NCBI GenBank assembly: GCA_937901465.1
Contig: CALGTU010000028.1
Coordinates: 1-61,984, forward strand
Origin: an uncultured Clostridia bacterium
GTDB lineage: Bacteria; Bacillota; Clostridia; Oscillospirales; Ruminococcaceae
Reading direction: 5' to 3'
DNA: 61,984 nt
Part shown: positions 55,098 to 61,984 of the stretch, piece after piece
Layout: each line of letters begins with the position of its first letter
How positions within the stretch are numbered: position 1 is the first letter of the stretch
Made by a program: the position numbers and the translations under genes
Notes under the pieces: generated by a model
The model's database searches: none
The model's input: only the letters and a program-made list of their open reading frames with translations
Told to the model about the DNA's origin: nothing

Positions 55098-56271
55098 AAT
55101 TTATCTTTTTGAGTTTAAAGGTTATCTTTGCGGTGATTTTCGGGTTATCTCTCTTAAAGCGTTTTGCAATTCTCTTTATAATCATATTTGCGTTGTCTTC
55201 TGTCGCTGAGGCTATGAGAATCGCATACTGTGATAAACTTATTCTTGTGAAGACATCACTGCTTCTCAGCGAAAATGTTATACAATCGATAAGTTTTTCC
55301 ATAACCGAAGAAAGTTTTTTTCCGCCAAGCATTCCGCCGTTTTCATCCGAAATACTGAGAACGCATAACTGAACAGGTCTGCCGTCTCTTGAAGAAGCTT
55401 TCTTTTCAAGCTGATAGATGTATTTGAAGAATTCGTATTCACAATAGAATGCGCCGACAACGTCGTCATCTTCATTTAAAATAGCAGTAACTTTATCAAA
55501 ATCAAGTGAAACATCATGACAATCATAAACTGTTTCTTTATAAAGCTGTAAAAATTCTTCCGAAGGGTTAACACCCAGCTTGTTATAGAAAATATCTATC
55601 GCTCTGTGATAAAGGTCTCTCGCGGATTTTTTATCGCCGAGCTCTGATAACGCACGGATTTCCATAGCATAGATGAATTCATCATACTGGTCGATAAGAA
55701 GTGCTTTTCGGCATAAAGCTATCGTTTCGTTGAATTCGCCGTTTTCGAATAAAAGGTCAAGCGCGAAATAAACCGCCTTTATGTATAAAGAGTGATAGTA
55801 TGCCGAAATGGGAGCGACCCAGTTTTCGCCGTTCTGCGAGGGAAGATAGTCGCCTTTATAAAGTTCCATAGCGGAAAGAACCATATCAACTCTCTTGCGG
55901 TAATTTTCTTTTGAGACAAAAGCCTCGTTACAGAGAGTTTCGAATTTTTCTGTGTCTATATCGACTTCGATTTTATTGTTCCATCTGTATCCGCCGGGGC
56001 AACTTACTATAAGGTCTTTTCCTAAAGGAGAGAAAGATGCCAGTGTATCACGAAGTCTGCAAAGCTGGGTTTTCAATGCCGAAGCGGGATTGGAACTGTC
56101 GTCGTATAAAAGCTCTATAAGTTCGTTCTGCTGAATTTCTTTTTCTCTGAAAGTTATTATGTATTCAAGAAGGGTCCACATATTTCTTGAACGACGCGAG
56201 GTTTCATCGATTTTTTTGTCGCCTATCTTTATTGAGAAATTTCCGAGCATGGTGATTTCGATATCGCTCAA
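55096..56271 (-). CDS. SARP-like regulator: winged-helix plus BTAD domain fused to a degenerate GGDEF-like domain
   Basis: MLGNFSIKIGDKKI....R...WTLLEYII......I....L.ELLY......PASALKTQLCRLR, and LYKGDYL......W......Y..L...., give the OmpR-type wHTH plus BTAD pattern. The C-terminus RPVQLCVLSI...SDVFTRISLSQYAILIASATEDNA aligns with a GGDEF fold in which GGDEF is replaced by SLSQY. A TTG start at 56271 (8 nt after AAGGGG) is preferred over GTG 56304. Confidence 0.7.
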   Translation of the reverse strand: MSDIEITMLGNFSIKIGDKKIDETSRRSRNMWTLLEYIITFREKEIQQNELIELLYDDSSNPASALKTQLCRLRDTLASFSPLGKDLIVSCPGGYRWNNKIEVDIDTEKFETLCNEAFVSKENYRKRVDMVLSAMELYKGDYLPSQNGENWVAPISAYYHSLYIKAVYFALDLLFENGEFNETIALCRKALLIDQYDEFIYAMEIRALSELGDKKSARDLYHRAIDIFYNKLGVNPSEEFLQLYKETVYDCHDVSLDFDKVTAILNEDDDVVGAFYCEYEFFKYIYQLEKKASSRDGRPVQLCVLSISDENGGMLGGKKLSSVMEKLIDCITFSLRSSDVFTRISLSQYAILIASATEDNANMIIKRIAKRFKRDNPKITAKITFKLKKIN

Positions 56272-56368
56272 GATTAAAACCCCTTTCTTTTGTAATTGTT
56301 GCACAACGAGAGTTTATGCTGATTGTAAAATTCATAGAAAATTTATCGCAGTTACCTTAAATACGCGA

Positions 56369-56397
56369 ATTGTAACCCGTCTGTAACCGCATATCAA
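56369..56397 (-). promoter_or_regulatory. Sigma-A promoter of the SARP-like regulator
   Basis: The minus strand reads TTGATA-17 nt-TACAAT. Confidence 0.55.
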
Positions 56398-56545
56398 TAT
56401 AATGAGAACATAACAAACACAACAGTTAAATACCTGCCAGATTGATTTGATGTGTTAATACCGAAACGGTATCGGTCTTGGGTCCCCTCCCGAGCCGATA
56501 TTGTTTTATCCAAATGACAATAGTATTGCGCCATCATATATGAAT

Positions 56546-56576
56546 TGAGGTTACACGACACAGTCGGGTAACCTCA
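56546..56576. terminator. Stem-loop 20 nt downstream of the 108-aa gene
   Basis: TGAGGTTAC / GTAACCTCA 9-bp stem plus an inner CGAC/GTCG stem. The U-run is weak on the minus strand and TTTT follows on the plus strand. Confidence 0.5.
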
Positions 56577-56595
56577 TTTTCGTTCTTAAATTAGT

Positions 56596-56922
56596 TTACT
56601 GTAAAAGTAAAAGCGCTGCGTCTGTTGCAACATTTCCGTGAGCAGCAAGAGTGTTTTCGGGTTTTTCAGCAGCAGTCTGCTTCAAAGCCTTCATAAGTTC
56701 TATTGCTTCTTCTCTTGAATTGATCTTGCTTGCGGCAGCTTCTTTGTTTGCGTTTGCAACTTCTGAAGTAAATTCAGCCTTATCTGCTGATTTCTTTTCA
56801 ACAAACTTTATAGCGTTAGAGGCATTTTCGGCTCTCTCTGCCTTTTTGCCTGAGTCAACGCCCTTCGCACCGATATTGGCACTGTTAAGAACTTCACCTG
56901 AAGTAATCTGATCTATAGCCAT
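56596..56922 (-). CDS. Small Ala/Lys/Glu-rich soluble protein, hypothetical
   Basis: Perfect AAGGAGG RBS 8 nt upstream of the ATG, with its own consensus promoter and stem-loop. Confidence 0.65.
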   Translation of the reverse strand: MAIDQITSGEVLNSANIGAKGVDSGKKAERAENASNAIKFVEKKSADKAEFTSEVANANKEAAASKINSREEAIELMKALKQTAAEKPENTLAAHGNVATDAALLLLQ

Positions 56923-56982
56923 AAAAAATACCTCCTTGTATAAATCTCATATCATAAAATGCGGATTCCTATCCGTATAAAT

Positions 56983-57011
56983 ATTCTATCACAAAACATT
57001 TCCCATTGCAA
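56983..57011 (-). promoter_or_regulatory. Sigma-A promoter of the 108-aa gene
   Basis: The minus strand reads TTGCAA-17 nt-TAGAAT with a TGn extended -10. Confidence 0.6.
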
Positions 57012-57084
57012 TAGTTATTTTCAATGGGCGATATATTTTTGTGACATTTTTCAGTATATAGGCAATTTTTAGGTCAAAATTAAC

Positions 57085-57113
57085 TTGAAACGGCAAAAAG
57101 ATAGTGGTATACT
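57085..57113 (+). promoter_or_regulatory. Sigma-A promoter of the GH5 gene
   Basis: TTGAAA-17 nt-TATACT. Confidence 0.55.
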
Positions 57114-57147
57114 ATATTATGTATAATTTTGATCATAATATTATGAG

Positions 57148-59121
57148 GTGATTTTCTTGCAGAGTTCTGTCAAAAAAGTAATAATAATCGCGGCGATAAT
57201 AATTGCCGTTGTAATAGCAGGCGCGGCGGTTGCCGTTGCACTTATCTTAAAAGGCGGGGATACCCCTGCTTCTTCTGATAATCCACCCGCGGTAACAGAT
57301 GTAACTGTTTCGGAGGGTGATGTTTCTTCGATGACATCGGGTGAAAATACAACCCCCGATACAACAACCGACGGCGGAAACAATAACGCTCCCTCATCTT
57401 CTGAAACACAGGGAACACAGAATACTCCTGCTCCCGAAAGCGTTACAAAATCAGGACTTTCAGCGGGTGCCAAACTTGTTTCATCATGGGATAATAACGG
57501 ACAGATAAATTCACAGTTTGATATAACAGTTTCAAACAACGGTTCTGAAAATGTTTCTTCATGGACAGTTGAGTTCGATGTTCCAAATGGTTCTGTGATT
57601 TCAGGAAGCTGGAACGGAAACTATTCTGTATCGGGAACAGTCCTTAAAATAACAGGCGACCAGAACAACTCAAATATTTCTATGGGCGGAACAGCAACAA
57701 CAGGATTTATAATCGTTTCTCCCTCTGCTTTTGATATAAAGGAAATCAGAGTAAACGGTGAAAAGGTTAAGGTTGATGTTTCATCGGGAACAGGAAATAA
57801 TAATAACAACAACAATAACAATAATAATAACAATAACAACAACGGTGGCGGAACAGACATCATCCCCGTAATTTCAGGAGAAGCAGACCTTAAGCGTGCC
57901 GAAAACGCTGTTCAGGGTGACGACTGGCTTTTCGCAAAGGGAAATAAAATCGTTGATAAAAACGGAAAGGAAGTATGGCTTACAGGTTGTAACTGGGCAG
58001 GTTATAACACAGGCACAAACCTCTTTGACGGACTCTGGAATGCAAACCTTGAATCATCACTTTCATCGATAGCAGACCATGGCTTCAACGTTATCCGTAT
58101 TCCCATTTCAGCAGAACTTATCAATCAGTGGGAATCGGGAAACTGTCCATCAGCAAACTTCAATCAGGCTTCTAACCCTAATCTTGTAGGAAAGAACAGC
58201 CTTCAGATTTTCGATTATGTTGTAGAACTCTGCGAAGCTTACGGAATCAAGATCATCATCGATATCCACTCAGCAGATACCGATGCTATGGGTCATATGA
58301 CAAACTTATGGTATACTTCAAAGACTTCTGTAAATAACTATTATCGTTCGCTCGAATGGATGGCTGAAAGATATAAGAATAACGACACAATTATTGCTTA
58401 TGATATAAAGAACGAACCTCACGGAAAGCCATCTGAAGGCATAAACAATATGGCTATCTGGAACAACTCAACAGCACAGAACAACTGGAAATACACAGCA
58501 GAAACAGCAGCAAAGAAAATCCTCGCTAAAAACCCGAATGTTCTCATTTTGGTTGAAGGAACGGAAAGCTATCCTAAAAACCCCAAGGCAAACAATTTCA
58601 CATCAACAAACATGGGCGACTATTATACAACATGGTGGGGCGGAAACTTGAGAGGCGTTAAGGATTATCCCATAAACCTCGGAAAATATCAGAACAAGCT
58701 TGTTTATTCACCTCACGACTACGGTCCTACTGTTTATCAGCAGCCATGGTTCCAGAAAGATTTCACATATAACTCACTCATGAACGATTGCTGGAGAGAT
58801 AACTGGTTCTATATCTATGAAAACAATACAGCACCTCTTCTTATCGGTGAATGGGGCGGATTTATGAGAGAACCGAACCTTGAATGGATGGGCTATATGC
58901 GTGAACTCATAGGAAAATATAAACTCCACCACACATTCTGGTGTTATCAGGCAAACTCAGGCGACACAGGCGGACTTGTCCTTGATGACTTCAAGACATG
59001 GGATACACAGAAATACAATTTCGTTAAGGAAGTTTTATGGCAGCAGAACGGCAAGTTCGTAGGGCTTGACCATGAAGTTCCCTTAGGAAACAATGGTATC
59101 TCTCTTTCCGAAGCAAAGTAA
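57148..59121 (+). CDS. Membrane-anchored glycoside hydrolase family 5 endoglucanase with a CBM2-like module and a poly-Asn linker
   Basis: The N-terminal TM is followed by a Ser/Thr/Pro-rich stalk. The CBM-like block reads W..NGQ...[10 protein letters not shown]...[11 protein letters not shown].....WNG.YS.SG..L.I......N. GH5 signatures are [12 protein letters not shown] (acid/base NEP) and LLIGEWGG (nucleophile). The start may instead be TTG 57157. Confidence 0.9.
   Translation: MIFLQSSVKKVIIIAAIIIAVVIAGAAVAVALILKGGDTPASSDNPPAVTDVTVSEGDVSSMTSGENTTPDTTTDGGNNNAPSSSETQGTQNTPAPESVTKSGLSAGAKLVSSWDNNGQINSQFDITVSNNGSENVSSWTVEFDVPNGSVISGSWNGNYSVSGTVLKITGDQNNSNISMGGTATTGFIIVSPSAFDIKEIRVNGEKVKVDVSSGTGNNNNNNNNNNNNNNNNGGGTDIIPVISGEADLKRAENAVQGDDWLFAKGNKIVDKNGKEVWLTGCNWAGYNTGTNLFDGLWNANLESSLSSIADHGFNVIRIPISAELINQWESGNCPSANFNQASNPNLVGKNSLQIFDYVVELCEAYGIKIIIDIHSADTDAMGHMTNLWYTSKTSVNNYYRSLEWMAERYKNNDTIIAYDIKNEPHGKPSEGINNMAIWNNSTAQNNWKYTAETAAKKILAKNPNVLILVEGTESYPKNPKANNFTSTNMGDYYTTWWGGNLRGVKDYPINLGKYQNKLVYSPHDYGPTVYQQPWFQKDFTYNSLMNDCWRDNWFYIYENNTAPLLIGEWGGFMREPNLEWMGYMRELIGKYKLHHTFWCYQANSGDTGGLVLDDFKTWDTQKYNFVKEVLWQQNGKFVGLDHEVPLGNNGISLSEAK
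57796..57843 (+). repeat. (AAY)16 microsatellite encoding the poly-Asn linker
   Basis: Uninterrupted AAT/AAC codons. Confidence 0.9.
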
Positions 59122-59180
59122 AAACGAAAAATCTTGCACTTTCTGCGTCGTTAAATCCGCTCGGAATATCCGCTTAAAAC
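59119..59180. repeat. Truncated copy of the stop-codon-abutting element
   Basis: TAAAAACGAAAAATCTT...GCGTCGTTAAATCCGCTCGGAATATCC starts at the GH5 TAA stop. Confidence 0.5.
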
Positions 59181-59193
59181 AAAGGAGAAAGAT

Positions 59194-59955
59194 ATGAAAA
59201 AAATACTCATAATAGCATTCATCGTTATGATATGCACAGTTCTTTCGGCGTGTAAGTTTGTAACCGACAGGGGCGAAAATCTTCCACAGACAGCTCCGCC
59301 GACAACAGACCCCGTTCAGACAGAACCACCCCAGACAGAACCTGTAACCGAAACAACAACAACTGCTCCCGTAGCAAAATATCGTGAGTTTGATAAGAAA
59401 CTTTCAGATATGTCAGATAGCTCAGCGTATTATATGGACCTTCCTCAGTTTATGAACGAAGAACAGGGAATTGCTTTTGCAAACGCTCATTATCTTGTAG
59501 CGCAGTCACTCTTCGAGTCATCAATGGGTCTTACAGCAGAAAACGGAAGAGTTGATCTTCTTCTTTATGGCGACACCCCCGTTCAGTTTATGAGAACAGG
59601 TGTTGACTATAATTCATTCGACAGATATGTGCGTTCTGTTTTCACAGATGACCTCGCTGAAGGACTCTTTTTAAGCGATAATTCATACCGCAACATTGAC
59701 GGCGAACTTGTTCTTGCTGAAAGCGCAAGAGGCTCAAATATCTTTTATGTAGGAAGAACTTTTGAACTCGTTTCATCTGATGATAACGAACTCAAATTCA
59801 AAGTAATAGGTTATTACAGCCAGATAGGAGTTCTCACAGAAGACCACTTCAACGAACTCCCTCCCGAAGAAAGAGAATGGACAGAAGAATTCGACATAAC
59901 AATCGTTAATACAACAGACGGATGGAAGGTAAGCCAGTTCAATTTCTGGTTATAA
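59194..59955 (+). CDS. Lipoprotein, hypothetical
   Basis: Signal peptide with the lipobox LSAC, a Thr/Pro-rich linker and a globular C-domain. Confidence 0.7.
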   Translation: MKKILIIAFIVMICTVLSACKFVTDRGENLPQTAPPTTDPVQTEPPQTEPVTETTTTAPVAKYREFDKKLSDMSDSSAYYMDLPQFMNEEQGIAFANAHYLVAQSLFESSMGLTAENGRVDLLLYGDTPVQFMRTGVDYNSFDRYVRSVFTDDLAEGLFLSDNSYRNIDGELVLAESARGSNIFYVGRTFELVSSDDNELKFKVIGYYSQIGVLTEDHFNELPPEEREWTEEFDITIVNTTDGWKVSQFNFWL

Positions 59956-59972
59956 TAAGGAGATTATAAAAA

Positions 59973-60674
59973 ATGCCTTTTTATTTTATGTTTGATTACA
60001 CCTATATCCTTGCCATAATTGCGGCGGTGATTTCGCTCATCGCTTCGGCAGGGGTAAAGGCGACATTCAACAAATACTCAAAAAGAATAGCACAATCGGG
60101 TCTTACAGGCCGTGATGTCGCAACAAGAATTCTTAACGGCGCAGGGATTTATGATGTAAGCGTAAATCATATCGCAGGGGATTTAACCGACAATTTCAAT
60201 CCCAAAAACAAAACCCTCAATTTAAGCGACTCTGTTTATGCATCGAATTCGATAGCGGCGATAGGTGTTGCCGCACACGAATCGGGACACGCAATCCAGC
60301 ACGATAAAGGGTATGTTCCCATAAAGATAAGAGGGGCAATTGTTCCCGTTGTCAATTTCGGTTCAAGACTTTCTTTCCCCGTTATTCTTCTTGGTTGTCT
60401 TATGAACTATAACGAAATCATAATTTCAATAGGAATACTTCTTTTCTCTTTCGGACTTATATTTTCGCTCATAACTCTCCCTGTTGAATTCAACGCATCA
60501 AGAAGAGCGATTTCGATTTTAGAGCAGGACGGAATTCTCTATGACGAAGAACTCAAGGGCGCAAGAAAAGTTCTTTTTGCCGCCGCAATGACATATGTCG
60601 CTTCTGCTATCGGAATGGCACTTCAGCTTTTAAGACTTTTTCTTATGTTCAGAGGAAAAAGAAGACGAAGATAA
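59973..60674 (+). CDS. Membrane zinc metallopeptidase (YugP/Zn_peptidase_2-like)
   Basis: HESGHAIQH motif, TM segments, 233 aa. Confidence 0.85.
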   Translation: MPFYFMFDYTYILAIIAAVISLIASAGVKATFNKYSKRIAQSGLTGRDVATRILNGAGIYDVSVNHIAGDLTDNFNPKNKTLNLSDSVYASNSIAAIGVAAHESGHAIQHDKGYVPIKIRGAIVPVVNFGSRLSFPVILLGCLMNYNEIIISIGILLFSFGLIFSLITLPVEFNASRRAISILEQDGILYDEELKGARKVLFAAAMTYVASAIGMALQLLRLFLMFRGKRRRR

Positions 60675-60679
60675 AAAAT

Positions 60680-60708
60680 AAAAGGCGGACTTTGTGTCCG
60701 CCTTTTTA
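60680..60708 (+). terminator. Rho-independent terminator
   Basis: GGCGGAC-TTTGT-GTCCGCC followed by T5. Confidence 0.85.
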
Positions 60709-60735
60709 TATACGGCAAAGAAACTCTCCCTGCGG

Positions 60736-60764
60736 TTGACAAAGATGAAAAATTATGTTAAAAT
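60736..60764 (+). promoter_or_regulatory. Sigma-A promoter
   Basis: TTGACA-17 nt-TAAAAT with a TGn extended -10. Confidence 0.6.
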
Positions 60765-60838
60765 CCCCATAAAGTAAATGGGGATACTATTATAATATAA
60801 AGGGGAATATGGAGAAAGGTTTTATCTGAAAGGAGAAA

Positions 60839-61402
60839 ATGATGGAAAACAAATCTTTTGACAAAAAGATAATAACAATTCCTAACATTCTTTCTTTGGT
60901 AAGACTTATGATGATACCACTCATCGTCTGGCTTTACTGTGAAATGAAAAACTATCTTTTAACAGGCGTTATTATTATCCTTTCGGGGATAACCGATGTT
61001 GTCGACGGCTTTATCGCAAGGCATTTCAATATGATAAGCGATGTCGGAAAGGTTTTAGACCCCATAGCAGATAAATTCACACAAGGTGCTGTTCTTCTCT
61101 GCCTTCTGTCGAGATTTCCGCTTATGCTTGTTCCTATCCTCTGCATAATCTTAAAAGAAATCTTTATGATAATAACAGGATTTCTCGTTATTAAAAAGGT
61201 GGGAAATGTACCCTCTGCCGACTGGCACGGAAAACTTGCAACCTGTGCGCTTTATGGTATGATGGAGCTTCATATATTATGGTATGATATAACATCGTCG
61301 GCGTCGATAGTGTCGATAATGATATGCGTATGCCTTATAGGGCTTTCATTCGTTTTGTATGGAACGGAAAATATTAAGGCTATAACCGGAAAGAAAAAAT
61401 GA
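60839..61402 (+). CDS. CDP-alcohol phosphatidyltransferase (PgsA-like)
   Basis: DVVDGFIARHFNMISDVGKVLDPIADK fits the D-x2-DG-x2-AR-x8-G-x3-D-x3-D motif. Confidence 0.85.
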   Translation: MMENKSFDKKIITIPNILSLVRLMMIPLIVWLYCEMKNYLLTGVIIILSGITDVVDGFIARHFNMISDVGKVLDPIADKFTQGAVLLCLLSRFPLMLVPILCIILKEIFMIITGFLVIKKVGNVPSADWHGKLATCALYGMMELHILWYDITSSASIVSIMICVCLIGLSFVLYGTENIKAITGKKK

Positions 61403-61752
61403 AAGAAAAATTAAAAAAGATAAAGGATTTTATTTTAAACCCGCGACTTCTTCTCTGCCTTCTTATCGGGTGGATGATAACAAACGGCTGGTCTTATATT
61501 CTTCTCGCTTTAGGGACAATTTTTGAAATCGAATGGATGCTTGCTGTTTCGGGTGGTTATATTGCGTTTTTATGGCTTCCGCTCTCTCCCGAAAAAGTTG
61601 TAACCGTCGGCATAGCAATTTTTCTTATGCAGAAATTTTTCCCCGATGATGAGAAAACCCTGGCTGTTTTAAAAGACCTTTATAAAAACGTTAAGGAGTC
61701 TTTTGAAAACAGAAAGAATAAAAAGAAAAATAAGAAAAAAGCGTCTGATTGA
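61399..61752 (+). CDS. Small membrane protein, hypothetical
   Basis: ATGA start/stop overlap with the upstream gene, two or three TM segments and a Lys-rich tail. Confidence 0.55.
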   Translation: MKEKLKKIKDFILNPRLLLCLLIGWMITNGWSYILLALGTIFEIEWMLAVSGGYIAFLWLPLSPEKVVTVGIAIFLMQKFFPDDEKTLAVLKDLYKNVKESFENRKNKKKNKKKASD

Positions 61753-61919
61753 TTCAGGCGCTTTTATTATATATAATGGTATAAATTCACTCTTTTGTGA
61801 TAGCCTGATAAAGCGATAAATGGCTTAAAAAGGGAATTTTCAGCTCGTTTTATGCCAAATGCACAAAAACCAACCAAAGCTTTCAAATTTCCTTATTAAA
61901 CATTTTTGAAAAAATATGC

Positions 61920-61948
61920 TTGACAAAAGGGGAGAGGGGGAGTATAAT
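61920..61948 (+). promoter_or_regulatory. Sigma-A promoter firing out of the window
   Basis: TTGACA-17 nt-TATAAT, a perfect consensus. Confidence 0.55.
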
Positions 61949-61984
61949 ATAAAGGCACCCTCGGAGAACGGGGGGTCAAAAAGC

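Noticed and set aside
56596-56922. FlgM anti-sigma-28 assignment for the 108-aa protein.
   Set aside because: The C-terminal region does not show the FlgM pattern (K.a.lK.aI..G.Y.vD...IA). It is kept as hypothetical.
57141-57863. Minus-strand ORFs, including a poly-Leu ORF opposite the poly-Asn tract.
   Set aside because: They are complements of the low-complexity regions of the GH5 gene.
60763-60785. Hairpin ATCCCCAT-N7-ATGGGGAT as a leader structure for the pgsA-like gene.
   Set aside because: Its left arm overlaps the -10 box, so most of it would lie upstream of the transcription start.
1-61984. Sigma-28 (TAAA-N15-GCCGATAT) promoters in front of late flagellar or che genes.
   Set aside because: The GCGATAT- or CCGATAT-like strings at about 20052, 56494 and 57029 have no TAAA at the correct upstream distance, so none is reported.
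1-61984. Prophage, transposon, integron or defence island.
   Set aside because: I recognised no integrase, transposase, recombinase, restriction, Cas or toxin-antitoxin signature. The only mobile-looking sequences are the small non-coding repeats.

Overview
The window comes from a low-GC, spore-forming, motile Firmicute that looks Clostridia-like. This is an inference from spoIIP with a sigma-E-like promoter, a B. subtilis-type fla/che layout with FliY/CheC/CheD, and strong GGAGG ribosome sites.

Gene order:
- ftsH 3' end, spoIIP, and a YabE-like wall protein.
- A tightly packed five-gene envelope operon: MOP flippase, two unknown proteins, a CPBP protease and a DUF4321 protein.
- A PilZ / orphan ParA / ComFB operon.
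- One uninterrupted plus-strand flagellar/chemotaxis operon of about 24.7 kb, flgB to cheD (13459-38172).
- A convergent pair: a stand-alone FlhB C-terminal paralogue and a FliK-like protein.
- cheA-cheW-cheR-cheB-cheW, then tRNA-Arg(CCU), glyQS, aspartate kinase and glgP.
- Three tandem YD-repeat surface proteins next to a SARP/BTAD regulator fused to a degenerate GGDEF domain.
- A membrane-anchored GH5 cellulase, then housekeeping membrane genes.

I saw no rRNA, CRISPR array, transposase, integrase or recognisable defence genes.

Most notable observations:
1. The PilZ-ParA-ComFB module sits directly upstream of a flagellar operon that has no flhF/flhG between flhA and fliA.
2. FliY carries three tandem internal LSQEEIEAL (CheY-P docking-type) motifs in its linker.
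3. Phased AAAWTGTAAT decamers replace the -35 of the YD-repeat operon, beside the SARP-like regulator.
4. A modular family of intergenic repeats occurs at about 10 loci, and three copies start exactly at a host TAA stop codon.
5. The FliK ruler contains 28 tandem PE[TVI] triplets.

All functional calls rest on motifs read by eye. No database search was run.
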